Shown here: positions 1 to 10,052 of the stretch, piece by piece
Layout: every line of letters starts with the position of its first letter
Position numbering within the stretch: position 1 is the first letter of the stretch
Source: Mobula hypostoma
Lineage: Eukaryota
Direction of reading: 5' to 3'
DNA: 64,000 nt
Assembly (NCBI RefSeq): GCF_963921235.1
Contig: NC_086103.1
Span: forward strand, 4,836,001-4,900,000
The notes under the pieces: model-generated
Database searches by the model: none
What the model was told of the DNA's origin: nothing
Seen by the model: the letters and a program-made list of their open reading frames with translations, nothing else
Position numbers and translations under genes: made by a program

Positions 1-208
1 ATCTTACCTACCTGTCTAACTTACCTACCTTCCTATCTTACCTACCTATCTAACTTACCTACCTTCGTAACTTACCTACCTACCTATCTAACTTACCTAC
101 CTTCCTAACTTACCTACCTACCTATCTTACCTACCTTCCTAACTTACCTACCTATCTAACTTACCTACATGTCTATCTTACCTACCTTTATAACTTACCT
201 ACCTACTT
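1..208. repeat. Degenerate TACC/TAACTTACCTACC tandem (micro/minisatellite) array, truncated by the window start
   Basis: Repeated CTTACCTACC(T) units alternating with TATCT/TAA spacers. Confidence 0.9.
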
Positions 209-389
209 ATTTTCATATTTTAGAGTAATTTTTATACTGTGCCACAAAACAACACATTTCATGACACATGTCAGTGACAGTACACTTTATTCTGATTGTG
301 ATTCCTTCAAAAATGTATCTACTTCCTCTTTAAGTATCACAGTGAGCCGTGTATAAAAAGCGCTTGTCCACCATATCACCTGTCATATT

Positions 390-714
390 AGGGTGGCATG
401 CTAGCACGGTGGTTAGTGCATTGCCTAACAGCACCAGTGACCTTCGATCAGAGTTGGGTTCCTGCTGTTGTCTGTAAGGAGTTTGTATGTTTTCCCTGTG
501 ACGCTGTGAGTGTTCTCCAGACGTGCCAGTCTCCTTCCACATTCCAAACATGTACAGTTAGCGTTAATGAGCGCGGGCATGCTATGTCAGTGCCATAGTC
601 ATGCTGACAATTGTGGGCTGTCCAACACAGTCGTCGCCGACTGGATTTGACGCAAACGATGCATTTCACAGTATGTTTCAACGTTTTAAGGTACATGTGA
701 CAAATAAAGCTAAT
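390..714 (+). mobile_element. V-SINE-like (HE1-type) tRNA-derived SINE with LINE-derived tail
   Basis: A-box-like TAGCACGGTGG, V-domain-like GGAGTTTGTATGTTTTCCCTGTGAC...CTCCTTCCAC, tail GTACATGTGACAAATAAAGCTAAT; many related copies in the window. Confidence 0.75.
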
Positions 715-721
715 TCGGAGG

Positions 722-1545
722 GGTGGAGCTTAGGATGATGGTGCCTAACCACAACCCCTTTGTTTCCATCTTCGGAAACAGCTCCATTTCTATCTTTGAT
801 ATCTCTTTTTTCCCCTTTCAAGGTCCTTTTGAAGACCCTGACCTGCAGTTAAACGCTGACTTTGTTTCTCTGTGGAAATGGGACCCGCTCTCAGGGCCTC
901 ACAACCGGCCGCTTTTTGATATGCCAAGGACGCGATCTGGGAGACTAGTGCTCCTTCAGGGTGCCGGATTTTCATGGCTCTGGAGACGGGCTGATTCAAG
1001 GCCAGTGCCGCCGACTGATGTGTCGTGGGAGTACACGGAAGATCAGAAGCAGCAAGCTGGCTGCTGGATATATGCCCAGAGACCTGAGTTCTTTGGGCAC
1101 AGAGCTTGGAAAAAACGACACAACAGACTTGTAACACCATAAACCAGTGAGTTGTTTTGTTACATCTCCCCTCTCGCTGTGAAATGGGACACCTCTTTTT
1201 CCCTTATTAGGAAGAGAGAGAGCCTGTGGTATGTCAAATTACCGGGTAAACAAGTAGTCTATTGGGTTCTGCAAGTATGTGTCTTTACTGATGCTTTGCT
1301 GCACGCTTGAGTGCTCGGTGGGGTGGGGGGGTGCCAATGCTATTGCTAGTGGGGGAGGGGAGTTCATTGCTTTGCTGCTGTTTATGCGTGGGAGGGGGAG
1401 CTGGTGGGGGCTTTGGGGTTCTAACATTTAACTGTCATTTGTTCTTTGGGGCACTCCTCTGTTTTTGCGGATGTTTGCGAAGAAAAAGAATTTCAGGATG
1501 TATATTGTATACATTTCTCTGACATTAAATATACCTATTAATCTT
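722..1545 (+). mobile_element. Unclassified non-autonomous retroposon with Rex/L2-type 3' tail
   Basis: Ends in GAATTTCAGGATGTATATTGTATACATTTCTCTGACATTAAA, related to tails at 16690-16750, 19240-19275 and 54197-54250. Confidence 0.5.
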
Positions 1546-2116
1546 TAATCTTCAAATTTTCCCCCTCACCTTAAATGCATATCCTCTCATATTTCACCAT
1601 GGGAAAAATGCCTACCTTAATTATGCTTCTCGAAACCTTATAAACTGAATTGGATATGGTACGGATATGGATTAATTTTGTACCCAAGCCCTGTTCTGCA
1701 TAGAAAATTAACCTTTCACAGCCACCCCCAAGGAGGAAAGTAATTCTTCCTGCCAGTCCCAAATGGGCAACATTATCCTGAGACGACTTGCCTTTAGTTA
1801 AGATATACCTTAACTTATCTGTTCCACTAGCACAAACAATGAACTCAAAGCCACACACAGAATCAGATAAGAACCCAAGATACTGAAGATAAACATGCCT
1901 GGTGGATCATGTCCTCGTATAGCTTTACAGTCTCTGCATTGTAGACGATCTTCTGATGACAGTCCAGGTGTATTGCCTGATCAGACGTTGAAACTGCCTG
2001 ACAGTAGCAACATGTACACAAAGGATATCATGTGACAGATCCTGTTTCAGCCAGCGTGTAAGGATAGATAGAAGTAGCAACGGGTCTTTTTCTCAGAACA
2101 TCTCAAACTGACTCAA

Positions 2117-3371
2117 AGCAACACACACACAAACTGCTGGAGGAACTCAGCAGGCCAAGCAGCATCTATGGTAAAGAGGAAGCAGTCGACATTTTGGGCA
2201 GAGACGCTTCAGCAGGACTGGAGAAAAGAGAGAGGAGTAAGAAGGTGGGGCGAGTGGAGGAGGAAGAAGTACAAGTTGGTAGGTGATCAGTGAAACTGGA
2301 GTGGGGGGGTGAAGTAAAGAGCTAGGAAGTTGATTGTTGAAAGAGATAAAGGGCTGGAGAAGGGGGAATCTGATAGGAGAGGACAGAAGGCCATGGAAGA
2401 AAGAGAAGGACCGGGGGAGGTAATGGCAGGTAAGGAGATAAGGTGAGAGGGGGAAATGGGAATGCTGAAGGAAAGGAGGGAGCAATTACCTGAAATTAGA
2501 GTAATCGGTGTTCATTCCATCAGGTTGGAGGCTACTCAGATGGAATAAAAGGTGTTGTTCCTCCAACCTGAGTATGGCCTCATCACAGCAGTAGAGGAGG
2601 CCATGGACTTACGTGGGAACTGGAAGTAAGATTGAAATGGGTGGATACCAGGAGATCCCACTTTTTCTGTGGATGGAACGTAGATGCTCAGTGAAGTTGT
2701 CTTCCAATCTACATCAGGTCTTACCAATATACAGGAGGCCACATCTGGAGCACTGGATACAGTAGATGAACCCAACAGACTCACAAGTGAACTGTCACCT
2801 CACCTGGAGAGACTATTGGGCGACCTGAATGGTAATGAGGGAGGAAGTGTAGGGGTAGGTATGGCATTTGGTCTGCTTGCAAGGATAAGTAGCAGGAGGG
2901 AGATCAGTGGAAACGGATCAGTGGACAAAAGGACTCAAGTAGGAAGCGATCCCTGCGGAATTGTCTCCCCCTTTCCTTTGCTATACCCCATTCCTGTTTC
3001 CCTTTATCACCTTATCTCTTTACCTGCCCATCACCTCCCTCCAGTGCTCCTCGTCCTGCTCTTTCTTCCATGGCCTTCTGTCCTCTCCTATCAGATTCCC
3101 CCTTCTCCAGCCCCTTACCTCTTTCACCAATCAACTTCCCAGATCTTTACTTCACCCCCCTTCCCAGTTTCACCAATCACACACCGCCTTTTACTTCTTC
3201 CTTCGCTCCCCTTCCCTCACCTTCTCCCCTTTCTTCCCAGTCCCAGTGAAGGGTCTTGGCCTGAAGCATAGACTGTTTACTCTTTCCATAGATGGTGTTT
3301 GGCCTGCTGAGTTTCTCCTGCACTTGTCTGTTGTTTTGGTTCTCCAGCATCTAAAAGATTTCTTGTGTTTG
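2117..3371. mobile_element. Penelope-like element (PLE) composite with inverted arms
   Basis: Minus-strand 3' region plus GIY-YIG remnant (2117-~2960) joined to a plus-strand copy of the same terminus (~2960-3371); perfect 14-bp TSD TCAAACTGACTCAA at 2103-2116 and 3372-3385. Confidence 0.85.
2486..2850 (-). pseudogene. Degenerate Penelope GIY-YIG endonuclease C-terminus
   Basis: Manual translation gives FTCESVGFIYCIQCSRCGLLYIGKT*CRLEDNFTEHLRSI...LRLEEQHLLFHLSSLQPDGMN, with stops and frameshifts. Confidence 0.85.
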
Positions 3372-3559
3372 TCAAACTGACTCAAGATTGCTTTAAGTTT
3401 TATCAGTCAGTTCCGGGTGTTTTGCACTGTGTTCCTGAAGTGAACAGGAAGGCCTGGAATCATATCCCAAGCTGAGAATAGCTTGTGCACAAATTAGCAG
3501 TGGTAATTAATCTTAAATTCAGTTCCATTGAAATAAATATAACAGAAATGTGATACGTA

Positions 3560-3975
3560 CAAAATGCTGGAGGAATTCAGCACGTCAGACTGCAACTATG
3601 AAAATGAATAAACTGTGGATATTTCGGACCGAGACCCTTAAACAGAACTGGAAAGCAGGGGGAAGATGACGAATAAAAATATGGAAGGAAGGGAAGGAGG
3701 GCAAACTGGAATATGATAAATAATACCCTGTTGGTGGGGTTGGGGGAATGGTGTAAGAAGATGGGAGGTGATAGGTGGAAAAGGCAAAGGGCTGAAGAAG
3801 AAGGAATCTAATTGGAGAGGAGAGTGGACCATGGGAGAAAGGGAGGTAGAAGGGGCACTTGGGGGCGGTGGCAGACAGGTGACAAGAAGAGGTAAAAGGC
3901 CAGAGTGGGGAATTGATGAAGAGGGAAGTGGGGGATAAATTACTTGAAGTTGGAGAAATTAATGTTCGTGCCAAA
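3560..3975 (-). mobile_element. PLE 3' terminus fragment
   Basis: Homologous to 2117-2520; degenerate hammerhead motif at ~3612-3650. Confidence 0.75.
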
Positions 3976-4254
3976 GGTTATAGTTTTTTATAGAATTGTG
4001 AAGCTGGATTAATACATTTCCTATAATCTGACATAATAGGTATCAGAGAGCATGGAATTCTCAGGCAGATTTATTTTTGAGCGATCTGAGCATTGTTGTC
4101 AGGGCTGGTATTTATTGGCCATCAGTTATTGCCTTGAGAAGGTGGTGATGAATTGCTGCAGCTCTTTCAGTGAAGGTGCTCTCATGATACTGCCAAATGG
4201 TGGGATTGGCGGGGGAGTCAAGGACTTGAACTATGAAGGAATTGTCCTGCCTGA

Positions 4255-5175
4255 TGGACGGAAGAGCAAATCTTATGAGGATAGGTTGAGTGAGCTAGGC
4301 CTTTTCTCTTTGGAGAAAAGGAGGATGAGATGTCACTTAATGTAAGTGTATGTAAGGGGGTTTCGACTTTTATGTTACAGCGGAGGCTAATTAAAATGGC
4401 GTCTTTGTTATGTTAATCTGAGGAATGCGGCTTTGTTGTGTTAAACGCTGAGAAAGTTTGCACTAGCAGCTTGTTTTGGTTTCGAGTGTGATAAGAAATA
4501 TGTTATTAAGCAATTGGGATAGTTGTTATGGTTTTGGTCTATTTGAAGATACTGTATGTGCGGGGTTTTGGGGCAGAAGGCGGGAGAGCGAGACAGAGGA
4601 TGGACAAGGTGCTGTGATATCCGCTAACGGGGTCGGACCCCGAGGAGGGCGTTTGGCGAGGAGACGGAGACGGACTCGTGTGGAGCGTCTGGTCGACCAC
4701 CGTTGTTGGTCCCAGGCGGCCGGTCGAGGTGGTCCGAGGGGTCGCAGGGTGAAGAAGAAGGTCCTTGAGCTCCAACTGTTTTGCGCACGAAGAGATTGAA
4801 CTTTGATAAGTGTGGCATCTTTTATTTTCCTTTTATATTTTATTCTCTATTAATTATATAGTTCCAGTAATATCTATAAACTGTAAATCATTTAATCGTA
4901 TCTGGTGTATTGTCTGTTATTTGGGCGGGGTGGAGTACGTCACACAGCATCCACACAAACTATTACCCAGTTTGGCGGGGCTGAGGGCTGTTTCCCTAGA
5001 CGACAGCGAGCTGAGTGACCCTGAGGGTGGCCGGGGGGGCAGGGGGGGGGTGCACTACATGTACAATATGATAAGAGGCCTTAGTTGAGTGGACAGCTAG
5101 AATCTTTTTTCAAGGGTGTAAATGGCTAATACAAGGGATCAATATTCTAAGGTGATTGGAGGAAAGTCTGAGGGG
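4255..5175 (+). mobile_element. CR1 LINE 3' fragment split by a solo LTR
   Basis: SYEDRLSELGLFSLEKRRMR before 4350; CR1 sequence resumes at ~5064. Confidence 0.75.
4351..5059 (+). mobile_element. Solo LTR (Gypsy-like, 709 bp)
   Basis: TGTAAG...CTACA termini; 4-bp TSD TGTA (4347-4350 / 5060-5063); cleanly interrupts a CR1; CpG-rich. Strand tentative. Confidence 0.8.
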
Positions 5176-5476
5176 TGGTAAGCTCTTTACACAGAGGTAT
5201 GCATCTTTTTTTCTTCACAAAGGCTTCAATACCTTTCATTAGCCAAAGTTCCCTGAACTTACCGGGTTTACCCTTCACTCAAACAGGAACGTGGTGCTCC
5301 TGGAATCTTGATATCACCTTTTTAAAAGCCTCCCACTTGCCTTTTAGTCTTTTTCCCTTCAAAGAAGTTCTCCCAATCAACCCCTACCAGATCCTACCTA
5401 ATTCCTCCAAAATTAGCCCTGTTTCACTTCAGCATCCTAATCTGTGGACCTGTCCTATTCTTTTTAATCATTATTT

Positions 5477-5766
5477 TGTCCGGATGTGCTACACACAGAG
5501 CTAGAAATAACGACACGCAGTCTGTAAGTTGCACTCGAGACTAGTTTATTCAAACTTTGCAGCACTGGCTTTTACGCAGTTCCGTTCCCACCCTTTCCAG
5601 GCGGAAATGATGTCAGAGGTGCGTTACAAAATTCTCTTCCCGCGCGCGGGCTTTCTCCCCTTGCTGGTGAAGAAGAAGGCCCAGAGCCATTTTGGGGCTG
5701 GCCTCTCTGCCGACGCGCGCACCATTTTGTGAGCTGGTTCGGCTGCGTAGAAAGTGGGTCGCCACA
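5477..5766 (-). mobile_element. Short solo LTR (290 bp)
   Basis: TGT...ACA termini; imperfect 4-bp TSD ATTT/ATCT; AATAAA on the minus strand (~5545); CpG-rich insert in a CR1. Confidence 0.65.
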
Positions 5767-6088
5767 ATCTTAAAATTAATGGAATTATGGTGACTAGAGC
5801 CAAGGTGCCCCTTGACTGCCATTTCAAATACCTGCTCTAAGAGGCGATCACATTACAGCCTCCTGAGTGGTGCCCTCTATGTCCTAACTCAGGAAAATTT
5901 CTTGGACACAGTTTACAAACTCTACCCCAACCATTCACTTGACACTCTGGGTTGTCCTGTCAGTACTGGGGAAATTTGAGTCTCCCACTCACATAACCCT
6001 ATTATGCTTACAACTATGAGCAATTTCTCTACACGTGATGGGCACCAGAAGTTCCCATTGATTACGTGGTGATACAGATCCACTAGAG

Positions 6089-6168
6089 CAGCGGTTCCCA
6101 GCCCAGGGTCCATGGACCCCTTGCTTAGTGCTGTTGGTCCACGGCATAAAAAAGCTTGGGAACCCTTG
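6089..6168. mobile_element. 80-bp hAT (Charlie-like) MITE
   Basis: TIRs CAGCGGTTCCCA / TGGGAACCCTTG; 8-bp TSD CACTAGAG / CACTGGAG. Confidence 0.8.
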
Positions 6169-6549
6169 CACTGGAGTGAACCTTGCCTTATTGCTTCTAA
6201 GTTCTACCCAAATGGCCTCCGTGGACTATCCCCAGTACAACTAAGCACAAATGTTATATCATCTCTTATGAAGAAGACAGCAGTATAATCAAAGACCCCA
6301 CTCCCCCCCAGACATTCCCTCTTCTCCCTTTTGCCAGGGGGCAGAAGATATAAAAACCTGAAAGCACATACCACCAGGTTCAACGATGGCTTCTATCCCA
6401 CACTTATAAACTGGTTTCCTAGTACCATATAGTGGACTCTATACCTCACAATCGACCTCATTATGATCTTGTATTTACACTGCACTACACTTTCTCTAAA
6501 GCTTTTACACTTTATCGCAAATTATTATTGTTTTACAATTGATATTGTT

Positions 6550-6785
6550 TGGGGCAGCACCTTAATGTAGCACTTGGTGTTGAACTATTACAGTACTGGT
6601 GACCTGGATTCAATTCCACCACTGTCTGAAAGGGGTTTGTCCATTTGACCCATGACCACGTGCATTTCCTCCAGGTGCTCCAGCTTCCTACGACATTACA
6701 AAGACGTACGGGTCTTTCATCACCTGGGTGGCACAGACTTAGTGGGCCAGAAGACCCTGTTACTATGTTGTATCTTTAAATAAAT
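6550..6785 (+). mobile_element. V-SINE-like copy
   Basis: Homologous to the head and V domain of 390-714. Confidence 0.65.
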
Positions 6786-6825
6786 ATTATTGTTCTATCT
6801 CAATGCACTGTGTAATGAATTGAAT

Positions 6826-7641
6826 GCTGAGTACAGGGCTACGGTAGGAAACTTTGTCACATGGTGTGAGCAGAATTATCTGCAGCTTGATGTGAAAAAG
6901 ACTAAGGAGCTGCTGGTAGACCTGAGGAGAGCTAGGGTACCGGTGACCCCTGTTTCCATCCAAGGGGTCAGTGTGGACATGGTGGAGGATTACAAATACC
7001 TGGGGATACGAATTGACAATAAACTGGACTGGTCAAAGAACACTGAGGCTGTCTACAAGAAGAGTCAGACCCATCTCTATTTCCTGAGGAGACTGAGGTC
7101 CTTTAACATCTGCTGGACGATGCTGAGGATGTTCTATGAGTCTGTGGTGGCCAGTGCGATCGTGTTTGCTGTTGTGTGCTGGGGCAGCAGGCTGAGGGTA
7201 GCAGACACCAACAGAATCAACAAACTCATTTGTAAGGCCAGTGATGTTGTGGGGATGGAACTGGACTCTCTGACCGTGGTGTCTGAAATGAGGATGCTGT
7301 CCAAGTTGCATGCCATCTTGGACAATATCTCCCGTCCACTACATAATGTACTGGGTGGGCACAGGAGTACATTCAGCCAGAGACTCATTCCACCGAGATG
7401 CAACACAGAGCGTCATAGGAAGTCATTCCCACCTGTGGCCATCAAACTTTACAACTCCTCCCTTGGAGGGTCAGACACCCTGAGCCAACAGGCTGGTCCT
7501 GGACTTATTTCATAATTTACTGGCATAATTTACATATTACTATTTAACTATTTATGGTTTTAATACTATTTAATTATTTATGGTGCAACTGTAACGAAAA
7601 CCAATTTCCCCCGGGATCAGTAAAATATGACTATGGCTATG
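6826..7641 (+). mobile_element. 5'-truncated Rex1/Babar-type LINE (RT C-terminal region + 3'UTR)
   Basis: ORF 6790-7515 contains WCEQNYLQLDVKKTKEL, YKYLG and YFLRRLRSF; (ACTATG)n-type tail. Confidence 0.85.
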
Positions 7642-8233
7642 CAAGACAACCTTTTCACTGTATCTTGGTACATGTAACAAATGGTAGTAGTGGTTAGTGC
7701 CACACTATTACCGCTTAAGGCATCAGAGTTGAATTCCTGCGTCCTCTGCAAGCAAGCTTGTATGCTCCTTCCTGTGCTTGTGAGTTTCCTCCAGGTGCTC
7801 TGGTTTCCTCCTGCAGACAAAAGTCAAAACGGTTGAAAGGTCAGTTTGTCATTGTAAATTGTTCTGTGATTAGCGGTGGGGCACTGCAGAGGATCAAAAT
7901 AAGTTGTAGAACGTTGTAAACTCAGTCAGCTCCATCATGGGCACTGGCCTCCTCAGCATCTAGGACATCTTCAAGGAGTGAATGCTCAAAGAGGTGCTAT
8001 CCATCATTAAGGACCCCCATCACTCAGGACATGCCCTCTTCTCATTGCTACCATCAGGAAGGAGGTACAGGAGCCTTAAGACACACAAACGCTGATTCAG
8101 GAACAGCTTCTTCCCCTCTGTCATCAGATTTCTGAATGACATGAACAGATGATCTCACTACTTCCTTTTCTGTTTTAGACTACTTATTTAATTTAATTTA
8201 CTGTAATTTATAGTTTTTATTATTACTTTACAA

Positions 8234-8546
8234 CATGGCCAAGTGGTTAAGGCATTGGACTAGTGACCTGAAGGTCATGAGTTCGAGTCCCAGCCAAGGC
8301 AACATGTGTTGTGTCCTTGAGCAAGGCACTTAATCACACCTTGCTCTGCGACAACACTGGTGCCAAGCTGTATGAGTCCTAATGCCCTTCCCTTGGACAA
8401 CATTGGTGTCGTGGAGAGGGGAGACTTGCAGCATGGGCAACTGCTGGTCTTCCATACAACCTTGCCCAGGCCTGCGCCCTGGAGAGTGAAGACTTTCCAG
8501 GCACAGATCCATGGTCTGGCAAGACTAACGGATGCCTTTACTTTTA
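8234..8546 (+). mobile_element. tRNA-headed SINE with CORE-like segment and RTE-related body
   Basis: A box TGGCCAAGTGG (8236), B box GTTCGAGTC (8281), CORE-like TGTGTCCTTGAGCAAGGCACTTAA; flanked by a TTTACAA direct repeat inside a Rex 3'UTR. Confidence 0.75.
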
Positions 8547-9440
8547 CAATGTACTGCTGCATAACAAGAAATTTCATAACATATGTCAGAAATATTAAAT
8601 CTGATTCTGATTGGGCATGGGTTAAAATCAGTGAGTTTTGTCTTGCTTTGCTGGAACAGCCTGTTCAATGCTATACCGCCAAATAAATAAATTAAATAAT
8701 AAACCAGAACCAAGAAGGTGCAAAGGATTGCAGACTTCAAGCAGGTGCTATAGTATGCCTTTGCTAATCTTGAATATCAAAGCGTTCTCAGTGTTAAACA
8801 AATTCTTCCATTTTCACGTCCAGAGAGTACATCAGATTAGGATTTTGCTGGAACAGTAAGGATTGGGATGCAGCTCAGAAGGTGCATGAATATACAAATA
8901 GAGCTCCTGTAGTACTTCACATCAAAGCCTGGGGAGTAAGAAACAGGACACACTCCTAAGCATGGTGTGAACTGACAACATCAAAGGAAAAGGCTTTGGA
9001 ATTTGGTGGATAAGATAAGATTCACCACCTAGAAGGCTTCAGAGTAAGAGCTCACTCGACAGATGGAAGTCAAAGAAGCAGAGCCTGATTGCCCTGGATG
9101 AGTTGTAAGCAATTAACAGATAAACACAATAGTTGGACTGTTAGCATCCCACTGATAACTTGGGTCTGGACAACAAGCTTTAACCTGAATGACGAGCATT
9201 CAGCTAATAAGTTTAAAGAGAAGTCATTTTCAGTATGTGAAAGGTATTCAACATTAGTTTAAAATGTCTCTGATAGAAACATTTAAAACTGCACAAGCGG
9301 GTATAAGTTATTAGGAAGTAAGAATTAATAAGCAAGTTTCAACAATACAAAGTAATCAAAAGCTACATAAAATACGAGCAACACACAAAATGCTGGAGGA
9401 CCTGAGCAGGTCAGGCAGTGTCCATGGAGGGAAATGGACA

Positions 9441-10020
9441 GATAGATAGATATATTTTATTGATCCCGAGGGAAATTGGAATTCGTTACAGCCGCACCAA
9501 CCAAGAATAGAGCATAAATATAGCAATACAAAAACCACAAACAATCAAACAACAAAATGCAAACTGTGCGAGATGGAAAATAAGTCCAGGACCAGCCTAT
9601 TGGCTCAGGGTGTCTGACCCTCCACGGGAGGAACTGCAAAGTTCGATGGCCACAGGCAGGAACAGCCTCCCGTGCTGCCCAGTGTTGTATCTCGGTGGAA
9701 TATGGCCGAAGTCCAACAGCAAAAAGTTCAATATCCGGTCTACAAACACATTCCTCGATCGTAATATGACCCAGATTGCACCATCTGTTGTTAACCAGAA
9801 CAGTAAGCACCCAACTCCTTTACGCTTACCGCTCTCAGTGCACTTCCAGTCAGCCCGAACGGTCTGGAAGCCGTCCATGGAAAGGCTTTGATTGGGTATG
9901 TCCTCGTGCAGCCCCGTTCCAGTGAAACACATCACACTGCACTCCCAAAATGTTCTCTGACGCCTGGCTAGCGCCGTGAACTCGTCCATTTTATTACCCA
10001 CCGAACTCCTCTTCTCCATA
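9441..10020 (-). mobile_element. Internally deleted Rex/Babar-type LINE (APE N-terminus fused to ORF C-terminus + 3'UTR)
   Basis: SVGNKMDE...CSVMCFTGTGL...LRPY joined at ~9700 to IPPRYNT...GGSDTLSQ, matching the end of ORF 6790-7515. Confidence 0.8.
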
Positions 10021-10052
10021 ACAGTGACATTTTGGGTGGAGGCCCTTCATCA

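Larger units (their letters stand above)
5200..6230 (-). mobile_element. Old CR1 fragment (endonuclease/linker region) split by an LTR and a MITE
   Basis: GHLGSSHHNSINFKI resembles the CR1 APE C-terminal G-x-SDH motif. Confidence 0.6.

Noticed and set aside
1-208. CRISPR-like or telomeric array
   Set aside because: No unique spacers and not TTAGGG; simple low-complexity satellite in a vertebrate genome
2684-3380. 195-aa and 139-aa Pro/Leu/Ser-rich ORFs (similarly 38305-38811)
   Set aside because: Translations of pyrimidine-rich PLE non-coding or antisense sequence
6790-7515. 241-aa ORF as a host gene (such sequences are often auto-annotated as ALKBH8-N/DUF1891)
   Set aside because: It is the C-terminal part of a Rex/Babar LINE ORF with several copies in this window
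8234-8300. tRNA gene
   Set aside because: A/B boxes are present, but there is no acceptor stem or oligo-T terminator and it continues into a SINE body
8620-9350. Exons of a neighbouring gene in unique-looking stretches (also ~1620-2100, 12270-13130, 37420-38170)
   Set aside because: No recognisable protein similarity or convincing paired splice sites
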